Assembly: GCA_013265495.1 (NCBI GenBank)
Contig: MU058463.1
Span: 1,635,523 to 1,699,522, forward strand
Length of the DNA stretch: 64,000 bases
Source: Vicugna vicugna
Lineage: Eukaryota
Direction: 5' to 3'
In this document: piece by piece, positions 14,278 to 28,479 of the stretch
How the letters are laid out: each line of letters starts with the position of its first letter
Position numbering within the stretch: position 1 is the stretch's first letter
Made by a program: the position numbers and the translations under genes
The notes under the pieces: generated by a model
The model's database searches: none
What the model was told of the DNA's origin: nothing
The model's input: only the letters and a program-made list of their open reading frames with translations

Positions 14278-14475
14278 GCACGAAACAATAAGTTTATACT
14301 CTATAGCCCTGGGAACTATATTCAATATCCTGTAGTAACTCATGGTGACAAAGAATATGAAAACGAATATATGCATGTTCCTATATGACTGAAGTATTGT
14401 GCTGTCCACCAGAAATTGACACAACATTGTAAACTGACTATACTTCAATAAAAGTTTTTTAAAATTAAAGGGAAA
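14278..14475 (+). mobile_element. L1 3'-end insertion, young
   Basis: Same tail family; TSD AAAAGCATACA at 14267-14277 and 14476-14486. Confidence 0.88.
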
Positions 14476-15529
14476 AAAAGCATACACCACCAAATGATAT
14501 TGCTGCCTTTTGGATGAAAGAATCTAAACACCTATGAATGAGTGTATAAATCTGGAAAATAAAATAAGCAATCTGGAACATACAACGCCCTTCTTAAAGT
14601 GCCATGAGGAATACTAGGTGAATTACGACCTGGTTTGTACTACATAATACCAATTTCTTCACAAGACAAAATGAAAACAATGGCAATAAAACTCCACCAC
14701 TAAAGGCTTTTTAAAAATGAAATGTATAAAAGTGCACTCTTTTAAATTCCTGATATTTCACATATCCTAATTGAAGTAGGGGGTGAAGTCCCTTTCCACT
14801 CAAAGCTACACACTATTCAGTTGCATAATTTAAGAGAAAAGGGAAAAGGATATAGCCATAACTGTGGCCAGAAGTCCTCCATCCTACCCCAGTGAGAGAA
14901 TCCCTGAATTTCACTATAGGTTCCAACTCTTTGCCAACCCCATCACTTCACAAAGAGAGCCTCTAAATAAATGGTTGCAGGGCCCAAGAGACCCATCTTT
15001 ACAGCTGGTAGCTGTCTCTGAAGGTTTGCCTTTCTGAGCCCAATAAATTTGCAGAAGTTCTCATAGCCCTTTCTGTCACTCCCCATCTAGTCACTCAGAA
15101 TGCCCTTCCTGTTTCCTCAGTGCCTCTGCTTACCCACACTGGACAAAGCCTTTTAGAGGTGCCCCTCTTTGCTAATTTCACCCACCCTGATGTCACAGCT
15201 CGTTGCTACAAAAGAAACATTGCAGGCTTAGAGAGAAAGGGAGAAGGAGACAGACAGAAAACAGAGAGAGAGAGGAAAAGAGCAAAAGAAAAGGTTGAGG
15301 GAAAAACTGACCAGGGTAGGAGGGAAAATTCCCTGCAGGATAATAGGATGAATTATTTCTGGGAGTGGGGAGTAATTAACCAGCTGTGGTTTCTTTTCTA
15401 TCTCCCCCTTAAAAAGGAGGAAAAAGTCATTTTATCTGATTCCTTTTTTCCTTTTGCTAAGGGCTTTAAGCATTCAGCAAATCTTTCAATAACCACACCC
15501 TCCTGATAAAAATAAGAGAACACCACATA

Positions 15530-15660
15530 CTGATCCTCATTTGATAGATGAGGAAAACTGAGGAAGGGAGAGGTCGAAAGCCTGGCTCAATGTCACAGGA
15601 AAGGCAGTTGCAAACTGAGGATAAGACCCAGGGTTCCTGACTCCAGCCCTTTACTTTATC
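15530..15660 (-). mobile_element. MIR fragment
   Basis: CCTCATTTGATAGATGAGGAAAACTGAGG..GTCACA core in antisense. Confidence 0.65.
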
Positions 15661-18600
15661 CACAAAGTCAACACAAGCAGTCTAGATTTGTTATCTCGCC
15701 CCCTTCTGTCTCAAAGCCTGAGTGACAAAGAGCGCTTAGTGTGATACTGAGTGTAAATGACAGGACAGGAAGTCCATTCTCGGGGCAAGCTGTGAGACTG
15801 GCAGCCAAGCAGGAGGCCAGAAAGCAAGTCCGCACAGAGCACTTGCAGTCTACACTCGCTATCTTGCCCCTGCCGCGGCCAGAGTCCACAGGTCCAAGGG
15901 GAGGGGTTTCGAGGCTGCAGGAGGACACCAGAAGGTTCCAAGTCCACTTAACTCATCAATTCCTGAGCGACTCTGAGCAAAACAAAAGGCTGAGACTGAA
16001 TAAGAAACGAGTCGTCGACAGACTGGGTACTTAACCTTATTTTAAATATAAGATTTATGTTATAATTCACTTATGTATGATATTGTGCAATCATTTATGA
16101 ACCATACGTATAATTACTCTGCAAATTCTCAAGGAACACTGTTTCCTGACAGGGTACTAACCTCAGAATTCAACTCTGTGAAACATGTTAATACAGTTCT
16201 CCAGGAATTCCATCCAGTCACGTATCACAGGTTCTTGAAGCTTAAAGGCTGAAAGTAAAGAAATGTTACATCAAAACAGGTTCAGTATGAACATCAGCCA
16301 TATATGGAAGAAACATTTATATGAAAACCACTCCCACTGCTGAATGCACACTTATATCAGCTAAGACATTTGTATATATACAAAGGGTGTAAGTGTAATC
16401 GTGTAGCACAAAGATGAGTTATTTGTGCTATGATGGCATTGTCACTCACTACAAATACAAAGAAAAAGAAATAGAAAAAGAAAAGGAGAGAAATAGAAAA
16501 GAAGCCTATAGTGACCTAGTTCTACTATAACTGAATTTCATTATTATCTTCCTGTAAACATACCTTTCATTACAAATGTTTGATCACAAATGAATAATCC
16601 CTTCAACCAAATAAAGGAGAAAAATAAATGTATTACACATATAGGACAAAACCCCAAAGTGTAATTTATAATTTCTCATAGAATACTAAATTATAATCAA
16701 TGTCTTTTGTTTTTCATTTATTAAATTCAGTGGTCAAAATATCCTGTAAAATAAGTGTTTTGCATAATGTTAATATCTACTTAACACTGGCTGTTTAATT
16801 ACATTGAAATTGATTGAAAAATAATGACCTAGTGCATTAAAATCTGACAGATCTTCAAATATATTTTTTCTAAATTCTAAATGTCCACAAGTTGTGAAAA
16901 GCTAATCTCTAAGATACAAACTCAGATGGATCTTAAAGTTTTTCATTTAGAATGGATTTCTGTTTGCAGTAGCAGGCATCTATAAAACAAAGATACACAG
17001 TAATCATCACAGAAGGGAATTGTTTTATGTTCCTTATTTACGGTTATATTTCTAATTATTGGTAAGGTCAATCAGAGATTGGCAGATTTTTCCAAAATCT
17101 GAAGGGCAAATATACTCAAGGAGGGAAAGACACACAAAGAAAACACAAAGTCTGGCACAAAGAGAGACGCAAAAAGACCGAAAAAAGCCCAAAATGTACT
17201 TTCTTAAAATACCAGACTACTTCAGTTATGACATATGCACTAGCTTGGGGTTCCTAAACCAGCAGACTGAAGAAAAATTGCCTTGTCATCAGAAGTCCAG
17301 AATATATAGATCTCAGGAGACACAGATACATGGGGCTGTAGGTCTAAATCCAAACTCTCTCTGTGGAAGAAAACAAATTTTAGCCATAGAATAAGTTGAG
17401 TGTCTTGACCAATACGTTAGAAATGACACCAAAAATATTCTAAGGACAAGACACTGAACTCATTTTCCTTTCAAAAGTGAGGAGAACACAGATAAGGGAC
17501 GCTCACTGCAGCAAACTGAATGCAAAAATGAAAAGGCGAAATAAAAAAGACCGATGAAAGCGTAACATTAAAAAGAGAAGTGTTTAGCTGTTAAATCATC
17601 CAAATTGCTTTGCCAAATTTTGACATGCTTGATTTCCTGTAGTAAAACATCTCCTCTTTTTTTTTTTTCTCTTTTCGTCTTTGGGAAAAAAAAAGTGAGG
17701 AAAAATAACCAGCTGTTCCTTGTATAGTTCAGGAAACAAGTTTGATTTATTACTTGAAGGTTATTTTTGAATGAGCTGCTTGTGGCAGCCAGAGTGCAAG
17801 AAAAGTCACTGAGGCCTGTCCACTTGAAGGGCTCAAACTGTTTCCTGAACAGTCCTTCACTCCGCACCTCCGACGGCTATTATTGACAACGTGCGACTGG
17901 GGCCTTCCAGGATTTTAAAACAGCAGGGGTCCCGGCCAAACAATCGGGCTGTCAATTACCTTTCCCCCTGTTGTGAAAAAGGGGCCCAGGACAATGCCAC
18001 TTCTCAGCAGGGAGTCGTGCAGCTCCCAGTCTGTAACCCACTCTTGCACCGTTCCGCATTCACAGCCCAGTAAATGGTCCGGTGCCTTCACTTTTGTCTG
18101 CGTGTGTCAGTTCCAACCAAAATGACTGCAAGGTAGATGTCTCCATGGAAGGAGTTTTAAAGATCTCGCGAGGGCAAAACTGACTCTGTACATTGTTATC
18201 TCTGGTCTTCGCGGCTGTTTTCCCCTAAGATCCAAAAGGACACAAAGAGCACCCCCCGCAGCCCCCTCCCCTAGGCTTGTCCTCCGCAAACGCCCAACCC
18301 TCTCTACCTATATTGTGGCTCAGAAAACTTCCTGTGGGCATTGATGACTCGCTGTGAGGACTGTCCATCATCCCAACCCCTTTGTCCGGCAGTCACTTCC
18401 ATTCGAATTTGACTGACTGAGGGAGCCTGCGTTATTTGTAAAGAACAACAAGGCTTTTCATTCATAATTTTAGTCGGGGGACAGGGTGCTAATGACTGAG
18501 CTTGAATAACTCGGGAATGTGGTATTCAAGGCAGGAAGAAGCCAAACCGACTGCCAAATGAGGCAAGGAGAAGGTGTAGGTGAAAAGTGCCTGGGTAAAA

Positions 18601-19924
18601 AGGCAAACAATGGCAGGAGGGTCACACACGTATACAAATACAAATCGAGGTTTTCCAAGGTGAGACAATCAAAAAGATGGAAGCAGGAAGGAGGGCAGGG
18701 AAAGTCTAACAGGATTTCATTAGCTTTGGGGTCAGGTTACAATGGCAGAGTTACAGAATCCGAAACCCATAAAGTGTCTGCAGAGGAAGTGCTCTTTTCT
18801 TCCACTGCTGGTTCTCCTGCCAAAACAAAAAAAAAGTAAAACTGGCTTTCACTCTTTTGGTAACTTTCATACGTTCAAACAAAGAGAATTTGTTTCGCAG
18901 GGGTGCTCAGTTTGGCAATGCAGTCTGGGTTCCAAAGAGCTTACTTACTTTGTGGGTCTCCGGTCAATTTTTAAGTGCATGAAGCATAAACACAATATAC
19001 AATAATTTTATATACCTGCTGCTTCCAAGGAGGAGAAATTGTACAAATGTCAATTCCTGGTTTAATTTAACCGTATAGCTAAGTACTATGAGTTTTTCTT
19101 TTTCTTGCTAAAATATTACAATTGTGGTTTGGCTTTTTTTGTGATTAAGAAACTTAAAGTATGATGTTGAATTTTTAATGCATAATTTTATACATAGATT
19201 CACAGAAAATAATCCAAAATAACAATGTTGCACATTTTTAATCTAAGGCAAATTAGCAGAATGATGCCAGCTGCTTTTTTCAAAACCAATGTAATTCCAT
19301 AAGTGACGAATGTTTCAATCATTATTAGAAAATGTTTCTCTTGTCTTTTTTGTTAAAGCAAGTCAAATAAAGGTTAAAGAGAACAATGACAAATGCTGAT
19401 TTATGTAGCAATCAGCAACAATAAGTTGCCTGGCAGTAGAACTCTAGCGCCGTCTCCGGTGAGTCTGTTAGGACTAGTGGTCTTAGGGAGCACTTATGGC
19501 TACTGAGGTACAAGGTCAAAGTTCAGACTCTGGGCAGGATGCTTACTTAGCTCTAAGTTCCCAAGTCATCAACTGACCCAACAAACATTCTTGAAAACTG
19601 AGACACTGACTACAATCACTATGCAGTTGAAATCCGTGATCTCATTTCATTCTGACAACCATCCTGTTCTGACCAGTGTGGAAGCTGGAGACACTCCAGG
19701 AAGACTTTTCATCTGTTTCCACCTGAGTCCCTAACAAAGGCAAAGGATGAGAACACACTCCGGGAGCATTCCAAAACTAACCGAAAGTAGACCCGGGGGG
19801 ATTTCATCATCAGCATCATTGTCTCGGGCTTGTGTTTTAAGAATGTACATGAATTTAAATAAGGTTAGGTAACCATGTTTATTTTATGGATTCCTATGCC
19901 CCCTGCTATAAGCCTACAAATTGG

Positions 19925-20295
19925 CAAAATAAAATTGTAATATATTTCAAGTCTACAACGTAATAATTTGATACACATATGTATCATGACATGATTCCCA
20001 CAATCAAGTTAGTTAACACATCTATCACCTCCTATATCACCTTTTTCTTTCTTTCTTTTTTTTTTTTTTTTTGGTGAGAATGCTTCAGATCTACTCTCTT
20101 AGCAAATTTCGAGTATACAATACAGTGTTACTAACTATAGCCACCATGCTGTACATTAAAGCCTCAGAATCCTTACGCACTGTATCACTGAAAGTTTGTA
20201 CCTTTGACCAACCTCTCCCCATCTCCCCATCTCCCCATCTCCCCTTTCCCAGCCTGTAGCAATCACCATTCTGCTCTCTGTCTCTATGAGTTCAA
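19925..20295 (-). mobile_element. L1MA-type 3' end (L1MA9-like)
   Basis: CACAATCAAGTTAGTTAACACATCTATCACCTC..GGTGAGAA..AGATCTACTCTCTTAGCAAATTTC..CACCATGCTGTACATTA. Confidence 0.8.
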
Positions 20296-20839
20296 ATCCT
20301 TACAGTTTTGAGAGCAGGATTAAATAATTGGCCCCAAGAACTAATAACTGATTGAGAGTTCAATCACACTCTGGCGACTCTCGATTTAAAACCAGGTGCT
20401 TCTCCACCCACCACCTCTTGGGACTCGAAGCCCAGGCCCCGGGTCCATGAATGACAGATAGGACTCCTGGCCAGGTCCAAGCCCAGGCCAAACCATGCAG
20501 CAAGTGTACCATGTTTTTCACCCCAGCCCTTCCTGTCAGCTGCTTCGATCCTCTCAGGTGGTGATTTTATGAATAACTGGATCTCTAGGATGCAAAAAAC
20601 AAAACAAATAAAACCTTGATTTCAGCATATGGTGATTTCTGTGCTGTAGATAAACTCACCATGGCTGATTTTCAAACCTAATGCCACTGAATGCGGAGAT
20701 GAGAAGAGATATCCCAAATGAGCTCTTGCCCGCAAGTGCGGGCCTGTTCTAGCATTTTCATCTGTTCATGCTTTGTTTGGTGTCTACTCCGTTTTCTGTT
20801 CTTGCTCTCCGTGAGCTATGAGTCTCTATTTTGGTTTCG

Positions 20840-21130
20840 CTATAATAGCATAATGACTTCCATTTATTGAAGAGTTATTACAAATCAGACTTCTAATACT
20901 CCACATGTAGCACTCACTTAACCCTCATGGTGATGCTCGGGCATAGGAAATACTTTCATCACCCCTTTATGGATGAGGAAACTAACCCCATGGGAGACTG
21001 AGGAATTACGTAAGGCCCCTTCTTAGATCAACCTGAACCTGACTCTATGTGAAGGATCTTGCCATCCGATTTTTTTTAAATCTCCCAAGTAATGCTAATG
21101 TGTGGCCAGGGTTGAGAACCACTTGTCTAG
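20840..21130 (-). mobile_element. MIR fragment followed by a MER5-like fragment
   Basis: CCATTTATTGA..TTTATGGATGAGGAAACT (MIR), then CTCCCAAGTAATGCTAATGTGTGGCCAGGGTTGAGAACCAC (MER5 end). Confidence 0.6.
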
Positions 21131-21779
21131 AAAATAAAACAAGAATGCTTGCTATTTGGAGAAAATATATAACTTTCCAATGTGGCTAACCATATGTTAG
21201 GTCTTCGATAAAGCTCAATTCACACTTCTACTTGACGGTGTGTAAGTGCACATCAAATGTGCTGGAGACACACTGAGAACGTGGAGAATCATCTTTTAGA
21301 GGTGATAGAGTTTTTTCTAAAAAAATACTCTGAATAACCTAAATATCTCAGTAAGTAAGGCAGCAGCACATTTTGAAATGACTATCTAGCTTTTATTTCA
21401 AATATTATTGTGTTGTTATTTACTTTCGTTGTTTAATTTGGGGTCACCAGCTAAAACACAATAGGGGACATAGAAAAAACTATTTGTCGTTTATCTGAAA
21501 TGCAAATGTGATTGAATGTCCTGTATTTTTATTTGCTAAATCTGGCAACTCCAGCTTAATTTGGGGCCAGAATTCTCATGCTCTGAGTCAAAATTTTATA
21601 CAGTATCATCTCCCTTCATTAACTCTCACGTATCCATCCTTCACATTTGGCCTAATGAGTATGCCAACAAGCAACGGTGCTTTACTATTTATACCAAATT
21701 ATTCCCAATGATTTCGTTCCTCGTGTTAAACTATGAATTTACTACAAGGGTCAAAGTTTAAAATTTGGATCCCAAAAAG

Positions 21780-22560
21780 CTGTTTTAAGCAATTGAACAC
21801 AGCCAGGAATCATAAATAAAAAGATTGATAGGTATGAGTTCACATACAAATTGAAATGTATTATTACAATGGCAAAAACAAAAAACAAAATAAGACCAAA
21901 AGGAAGTCGGAAAGATAAATGGAAAATGGGAAATGTTTGCATTGTAAAATGAGAGCCCAAACAAAGGATGAGCACCCCATTTAAAACATGGACCAAGGGT
22001 ATAAAATTGAATCACAGGGGGAAAATGCAAGTGTCCAGGAAATATTAAAAAATATACTTAACTTCAGAAGTAAACAAAGAAAGACAAAATGAAACACTGA
22101 GATATCATGATTCACCTACCAGATAAGCACAGATTAAAAATGTTGACAAAAGTTACTATTGGTAAGACTTACAGAGAAACAGTCTCTTTTACAAACTAGG
22201 ATTAGAAATGTAAACTGGAGTAATTTTTTAGGGAGCTTATTAGCAATATAATCAAAAAATTTAATATGCATAAACTTGACTCAAAAAACTGCTTCTAAAA
22301 ATGTACTCTAACAAGGTAAGACAAATGTGTGAAGATACGAGCAAGAATGCTTATCACAGCATTATTTATTCTGGCAAAACAACTATCCCCCAAACCCACA
22401 AAAACCAGAAATCTATTGACTAGCAATGAAGGATTTTTAAAAGAAATATTCACCAAATATTATTCACGAATGAGGTTTCCACTTTTTTATAGTTTTCAAG
22501 ATGGTTTGATTTTTTTTTCTTACAGTGAACATGTAATTCAGAAAAAAATAAAATTGAATT
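21780..22560 (+). mobile_element. Old L1 (L1M) ORF2/3' relic
   Basis: A-rich, with degenerate ORF2-end motifs GAGATATCAT..CACCTACCAGAT, AAATGTAAACTGG and TATCACAGCATTATTTAT. Confidence 0.65.
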
Positions 22561-24334
22561 AATCCATTCGTCCTTTGGGAGGCATTCATAGAGAGAAAAG
22601 TAGAGCAGAGTCAGTTATCTCTGGATAATTCTGAAACAAAGTACTCTATATAAATTGATGGAACATGGTTATCAAAATATACGAGAGATTTCTGGTTAAA
22701 TCTCTACAGTCTTACTGAAAGCAGGCTAAATTCCTTCCAGTCCCTGCTGAGCCATAAAGCTAGTGACCTTTGCCCCTTAGGTACCATGGGCCCAGGACAT
22801 TTGGTATGATCTTAGATTTCTCAAGTATCATAACCCACTAATAACTTGAAAAGTGGTTGAGAAGCTAGGGCATAAAAACAACTTCTTTTAACAACTGTAT
22901 GAAATTCGTGAGAAAAGGATGCCAAATAATGTGAAGACAATCATTTGTCTGTTGCCACAAACCCTGGCCCTGCGTGAGGTGGAAACGCTCCTATGATGTC
23001 TTGAATACACTTAAGGATTCCTCTGGGAAATTCAAATAGTTCAGCCTCTGTCTAGAACTGTCTTATCTGAATTCCATTATAAAGTTACAGTACTAGAGAC
23101 ATAAAGGTCTTTTTCACCCACACTCTTGGTATATATTCAGAGAATTTTAGCCTCTTAATAAGCCACTTAGAGTTTGTACTGCCGAAATGGGAGAACGATG
23201 GACCTGTTCACTGAGGCACACAGAGGTCAAACGAGTAGCCCACTGCTCCGCTCAGAGGCTGCCTCCTTCTGGAGCCTCCTTAACTCTGCAGAGCCAACAA
23301 ACTGTCAAGCATCAAATTACCCAGCCGAAAACTGACTTAGATGCCCTTGCACGGCTTTCCAGAATTTTCATGGCTATTCGTCAGTCTCCTCTCCCATTTA
23401 GATCGTTAGCTCCTTATAGTCAGAAACTAACTAGTTCCCATCTCAAACCCACTGAGCAAAGTGATAATGCCAGCAGCTCCCAGACTAAGGCCAGGAAGAC
23501 AGGAATTCTGCCCCCAGAAGGCCACGCCATGCTGACAATAGGGAGTACTTGCTCTGTGTTTGCTATGAGTTTTGTCCAGAATGCTGGAGAATAGGATTTG
23601 TGATATACTTTAAGACTCTAATATTATTATTCTGAGTCATTGTCCATTCACCTTCACAGGATCATAATAACTGAAAGAATCTAAAACAACAAAACATCAT
23701 AGCATTCTAGTGTACAACAAATCCCTCTGCCACGCCTCATTAAACGTAAGTGAAGGTGTGCCTTCTACCTGACAGGGGATGGAGCTGCCGACACAAGGCT
23801 CCATCCCAAAAATATACAGTTAAAGACTCAGTGTTGCATAAGAGCCCAAATGTTGAAGTCACTCTCAAAGAAGACAGAACTCACATTTTTCAAGCCTCTA
23901 GATTTGTTGAACAAGTAATTCGATGAGGAGACACTCCAGTCAGAAACAACCACATCAGCTAAATAGGTCCCTTCTCCCCTACCTACTCTAAGAAAGTCAC
24001 ACATAAAAACAAAAATCGATGTAAGGTTAAGGTTTCTATAGAAATACTATTAATAGCTGAATATAGCTATTGAAACTTGTTCCAAATCTCTATTTTTATT
24101 CCTACGTAAGTATAAACAAATAAGATACATAAATTGTGCTCACTATGTAATTTTAAAACTTTTTGAAAATATGGAGGCAAAACAGATCATTTTACCCAAT
24201 AAACTACCAAGCTCAATTTAACTGAAATTATCACTGCTTATTCAGAGCATCCCATATGCTAGCCTTTGTAGCTAATTCATATCATCCAATCCTAACAGCA
24301 ACTCTTTTACAGATGGGAACTAAGGTTAATGATC

Positions 24335-24880
24335 TCACTCATTCATCTTATTTTAAAATGTCTAAGTGACTGATATGTGCCAGGCCCTTCAGTGCTGGGG
24401 ATAGAATGGCAGGCAACATGTGGCTTGGATTCCAGCCCTCATGGCACTTAGAATGCAGTGAAGGAGACAGTTCATAAATGATCACTCAATTACACGTATA
24501 TTTGTAGCAGAGAAGGTCAGGAGAGGAACAAGGGACATCTGACCTAGTCAAAGGGTCAGAAAAAGCTTTCCTGAAAGAAAGACAATAGAGATTTGAAAGA
24601 TAAGTAGGACTTAAACCAGCAAAAGGCCAGAAAAGTGAAAAGGGGAATTGCATATACAAAGGTCCTGGTTACAAGAGAGGGGTACTTTTGAGCAAATAAA
24701 AGGGAATACTCATAGCTGCAAGGCAGAAAACAGGACAGTGTGACATACAGAAGGCTGGGCAGGGAAAAGGGCTGGACTGTAGGACCAGGAAGTTGGGTTA
24801 AGGACTTGGATCTTTACCCCACGAAAAAGGAGAAGCCAAGGGTCGGGGTTTAAGCATCAGGGGATCCTGATCAGATTTCT
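24335..24880 (-). mobile_element. L2 LINE 3' fragment
   Basis: CTCATTCAT..ATGTGCCAGGC..GTGCTGGGGATA..CCCTCATGG is the typical L2 3' end in antisense. Confidence 0.7.
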
Positions 24881-25457
24881 CCAAAATGTCCTGCACTGAA
24901 CCCCGTTCCAGAATTCTTGAGCTCCCAAAGCCTCTGGAACCTATTATGGTATTTAAAAGTTCAACCTTTACCATTTTCCTTTAGAAATTACAGCTTAAAA
25001 AAAAAAAGAGGAAGATCTAATTTTCCCTGTACATGCTTTTAACATCTTTTAGAATGCAAGTATGTCTCTGCACTGTATACAGAGTGAGATGGTTCTCAAA
25101 ACTGCAAGAGGATTTTCATATAGAACATGAAAGGCAAAAATCATTCACTATTTGATGGCTTTCTTGGAGCTATTTTAAAAATGCATTCTCAAAGTTAGCA
25201 AAGTGCTAACTTCTAAATTTGAATTTTAATTATTAATATAGTTAGACTTTAGCCAGATGCACTTCTTAAAGTAAAAAATTCTTAAGAGTTTACTTTTATT
25301 TATATTCCCCAGCTGCCTATGATCAACTTTTTTTGTTATTTTCTTTATTACACAGTTTTAGAATAGATGTCCCTTATAAACTTCCTTCCAAATACATAAA
25401 ATTTTCAAAATTTTTTTAACTTTGTAATATTTACTATTTCAAGAATTAAAAATCATG

Positions 25458-25595
25458 TAGCTCATAGCGAAAAATAAATGTGACAATAAATACATGTATG
25501 TTCATGTATAATTGAAAAATTGTGCTCTACACTGGAATTTGACACAACATTGTAAAATGACTATAACTCAATAAAAAATGTTAAAAAAAACAAAA
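25458..25595 (+). mobile_element. Very short L1 3'-end insertion, young
   Basis: Perfect 17-bp TSD AAGAATTAAAAATCATG at 25441-25457 and 25596-25612. Confidence 0.9.
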
Positions 25596-28479
25596 AAGAA
25601 TTAAAAATCATGGCCTTAACAAACTTACTTCAGTTACTATCCAATAATTATACGAAATACAATAGTAACTTCCAGGCTAACACAATGTCTTAAATTCTGC
25701 CACTAAAAATTCAAAAACTCTTTATCTGCTTTTAGAAAACTGAGGCAAAAAATATTTATTTATTTTAATTATATCCACTAATTTCATTCACTCATTGAAA
25801 AATACTTATTGAGTATCTAATGTTTACAGAGATCAGAGTGAATATTTTCTTCTTTTAAAGAATGAGGTGGTGAAGAATCTTTCTAGTTCAATTCAAGTCC
25901 ACTAACAAAGAAGTCCAAGGTTGTCCTGTTATAGAGTCTTCAGATCCTTGGAGTGGTCTAGCATCTTGAAGAGTCACACTGAATACAGAGTTTGCATAGA
26001 AAAGCTGTTTTATATAACTCCACAATATTCTCAAATATTCATAATTCACTGCATGTTCAAAACGCCTCCTGTCCAAAGGAACAAACTGAATCTGAATGCA
26101 CTTATATTCTGTTTACCAAATTGAACATTTTTAGACCTGACCTGTTAACTGAGATTAATTCAGGGCTGGCTGACAGCCTGGATATTATGACCTCTGGATT
26201 ATAAGAATAGCTATCGTGGAATCTGTTTGATTACATCTTCCTTAGAGAACAGGTTGAACTTCCTGTGCCCTTTTGATCATGTGTCCACATAATGGGAAGT
26301 ATAAAACCAACACCTCCTTTTTATTCAGAGGCTAAAATCTTCCTACTGCTACTCAGCTTGGTAATATCCAAATCCTCGTTTTGATTTATGATTTTCACTT
26401 TAATGAGGCTTTACCATCTGGGTTAAAAAGATCCCAGAACAAAGGGCATCTACTGTTAAAAACAAACAGAATAAAACTAACAAACCTAGGGCTTTGGGGA
26501 AAAGGCAAAGCAACAATGCAGTGATCTCACTGATTAGACTTTCTCTGCACACATCAGTCCTACAAAGGAAGAAGCTTGACCTTGAGGGCAGAAGATAAAT
26601 ATATTGGAAATATAATGAGAAAAATGTTGGCCAGCAGAGAAATTTTGTTTTGCCTTGTTACAGAACTTCAGTCCACATCTGACTTTGCATAAATTGTAAT
26701 AATAATTGCACAGAGCTAGCAGGGAAATTGATTAACCAGTAGAAACCATCAGGTGGATTCAGGTTGAATATAAGATCTCTGAAAAAGACTAGGCCAACCA
26801 GAGGCTCCAGTTCAAGATCAACTCATCAAACCACTCCTCTTATCCAGGATAACTCCAGATCTGCTCCCCCCTCCCCCTGTTACGGGTTAAAGGATAAAAG
26901 GACACACCAAAGAAGGTCAGATGCAGAGATAAGCTTTCCCCAGTCCTCCAAGAGATGTAGATAAGAACTCAAGTGGTCTATTTTGAACTCCTATCACAGC
27001 CACTCCCAGTTCCCTCCAAGAGGCAATATCTATAGAATTTGGAGAATCAAAGCAATTCAAAAAGCGAAATGACTACAGTCCTGGCTGCCAAATCAAAAGG
27101 TCCATTATTGCAAAGCCCTTTAACTTACAAAGGTCACTCCCAGAAGAGTCCATGCATAAATTAAGTTTACTATTGCAACTGGAATATGAGGAGAAATAAT
27201 GGCTGAAAGATCTGAATTGTTACACTTGAAAGCAGTATACACCATTGTGTTCTGGCCGATCTTTAAATATGAACATATAAATTAGTTGCCTTGGTTATAA
27301 AACTAACAAAATTACCAAATAATCAATTTTCTTTGTATCACTGCAAGGTATCTCTTTGATTATCAAAACTAGGTCTGAGCCCAGTAAGGTCAACTGGTTT
27401 GGTCAATCGCACAAAGAAACTAGAACTAGAGTTGTTTAAAACTACATTTCTCCCATGACTACAACATAAACCAGAAGCTTAGATGAATAAGTGCCACCGT
27501 GAAAATATGGGGCTTAACTTGGCCAACAACCTACTTGTAAAGAAGCACATCAACGCTATCCCTGTTAATGCCTTCCACAAAGACTGGAGGAGGCAAAAGT
27601 CACGTAGGTTTATATGCTGCCTCATTAAAAAAAAAAATTAAAGATAATCAATTATAAAATGAAATAAATCTAAAGAATGAATTCAGAAAATTAAATGAAG
27701 CAGAGACAAGATCCCAAAAGCACGACACACAGTCCTGTTCAGTGGCTAGGACTAACAGGCCACATTACTTGGTGCCTCCAGAGAACTTGGAGGTGAGTAC
27801 TGGTGCAGCACGACTTTGCAAGGATTTGGTGTTTTTCAACATTAGGGAAACAGAAACACCTGTTCACACATCATGGTTAGCTCTCCAGAACTCTCCACAA
27901 CACGTTTGAAAATGGGCTTCATTGTCAAGCTTTACATAACATTCTTTCAAAATTCTAAAGTATCTTCCAAAATGAACCCCAGTTATAATTTTGGAATGTA
28001 ACATGAGAAGCAATTTTGGACACATTACAATAACTGCATCAAACATTTCATTGTGTGTGCACGCACAGACGTCCAGAGAAACATAATTCCTCTTTGGGAC
28101 TAAACTAAGTAAACTTTGGAGCCACAGTATATTGCTTTATACACCACGTCCGAAAAATAATACTGCACTAAATAAAATAAATAGTAAGGAGTAAATTATA
28201 AAGAATCCAACAGATTCTCATTTTTACCTTGTACTTAAATTATAGGTTAAATGTTTTCCCAGCTTGCAAGCCGGCGGCTGTGGGGGAGGGAGGAAAGAGT
28301 TAGATTACATGGGATTCTTTCTAGCTCATGAAAGATAAGTATAAATTCCTAGATTCTTCCCCACTGACCCAATAAAAATAGGTGTTCTAACCAGCCGGAA
28401 GCTCCTAATTTAAATTGCATTTTACGCTTTGATCCAGAACAACGTGTCTTCACAGAGTTCCTGCAGCGCTGGAAGAATA

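Noticed and set aside
25192..25212. 9-bp hairpins (also 16404-16430)
   Set aside because: AT-rich and plausible by chance in 64 kb; no supporting context.
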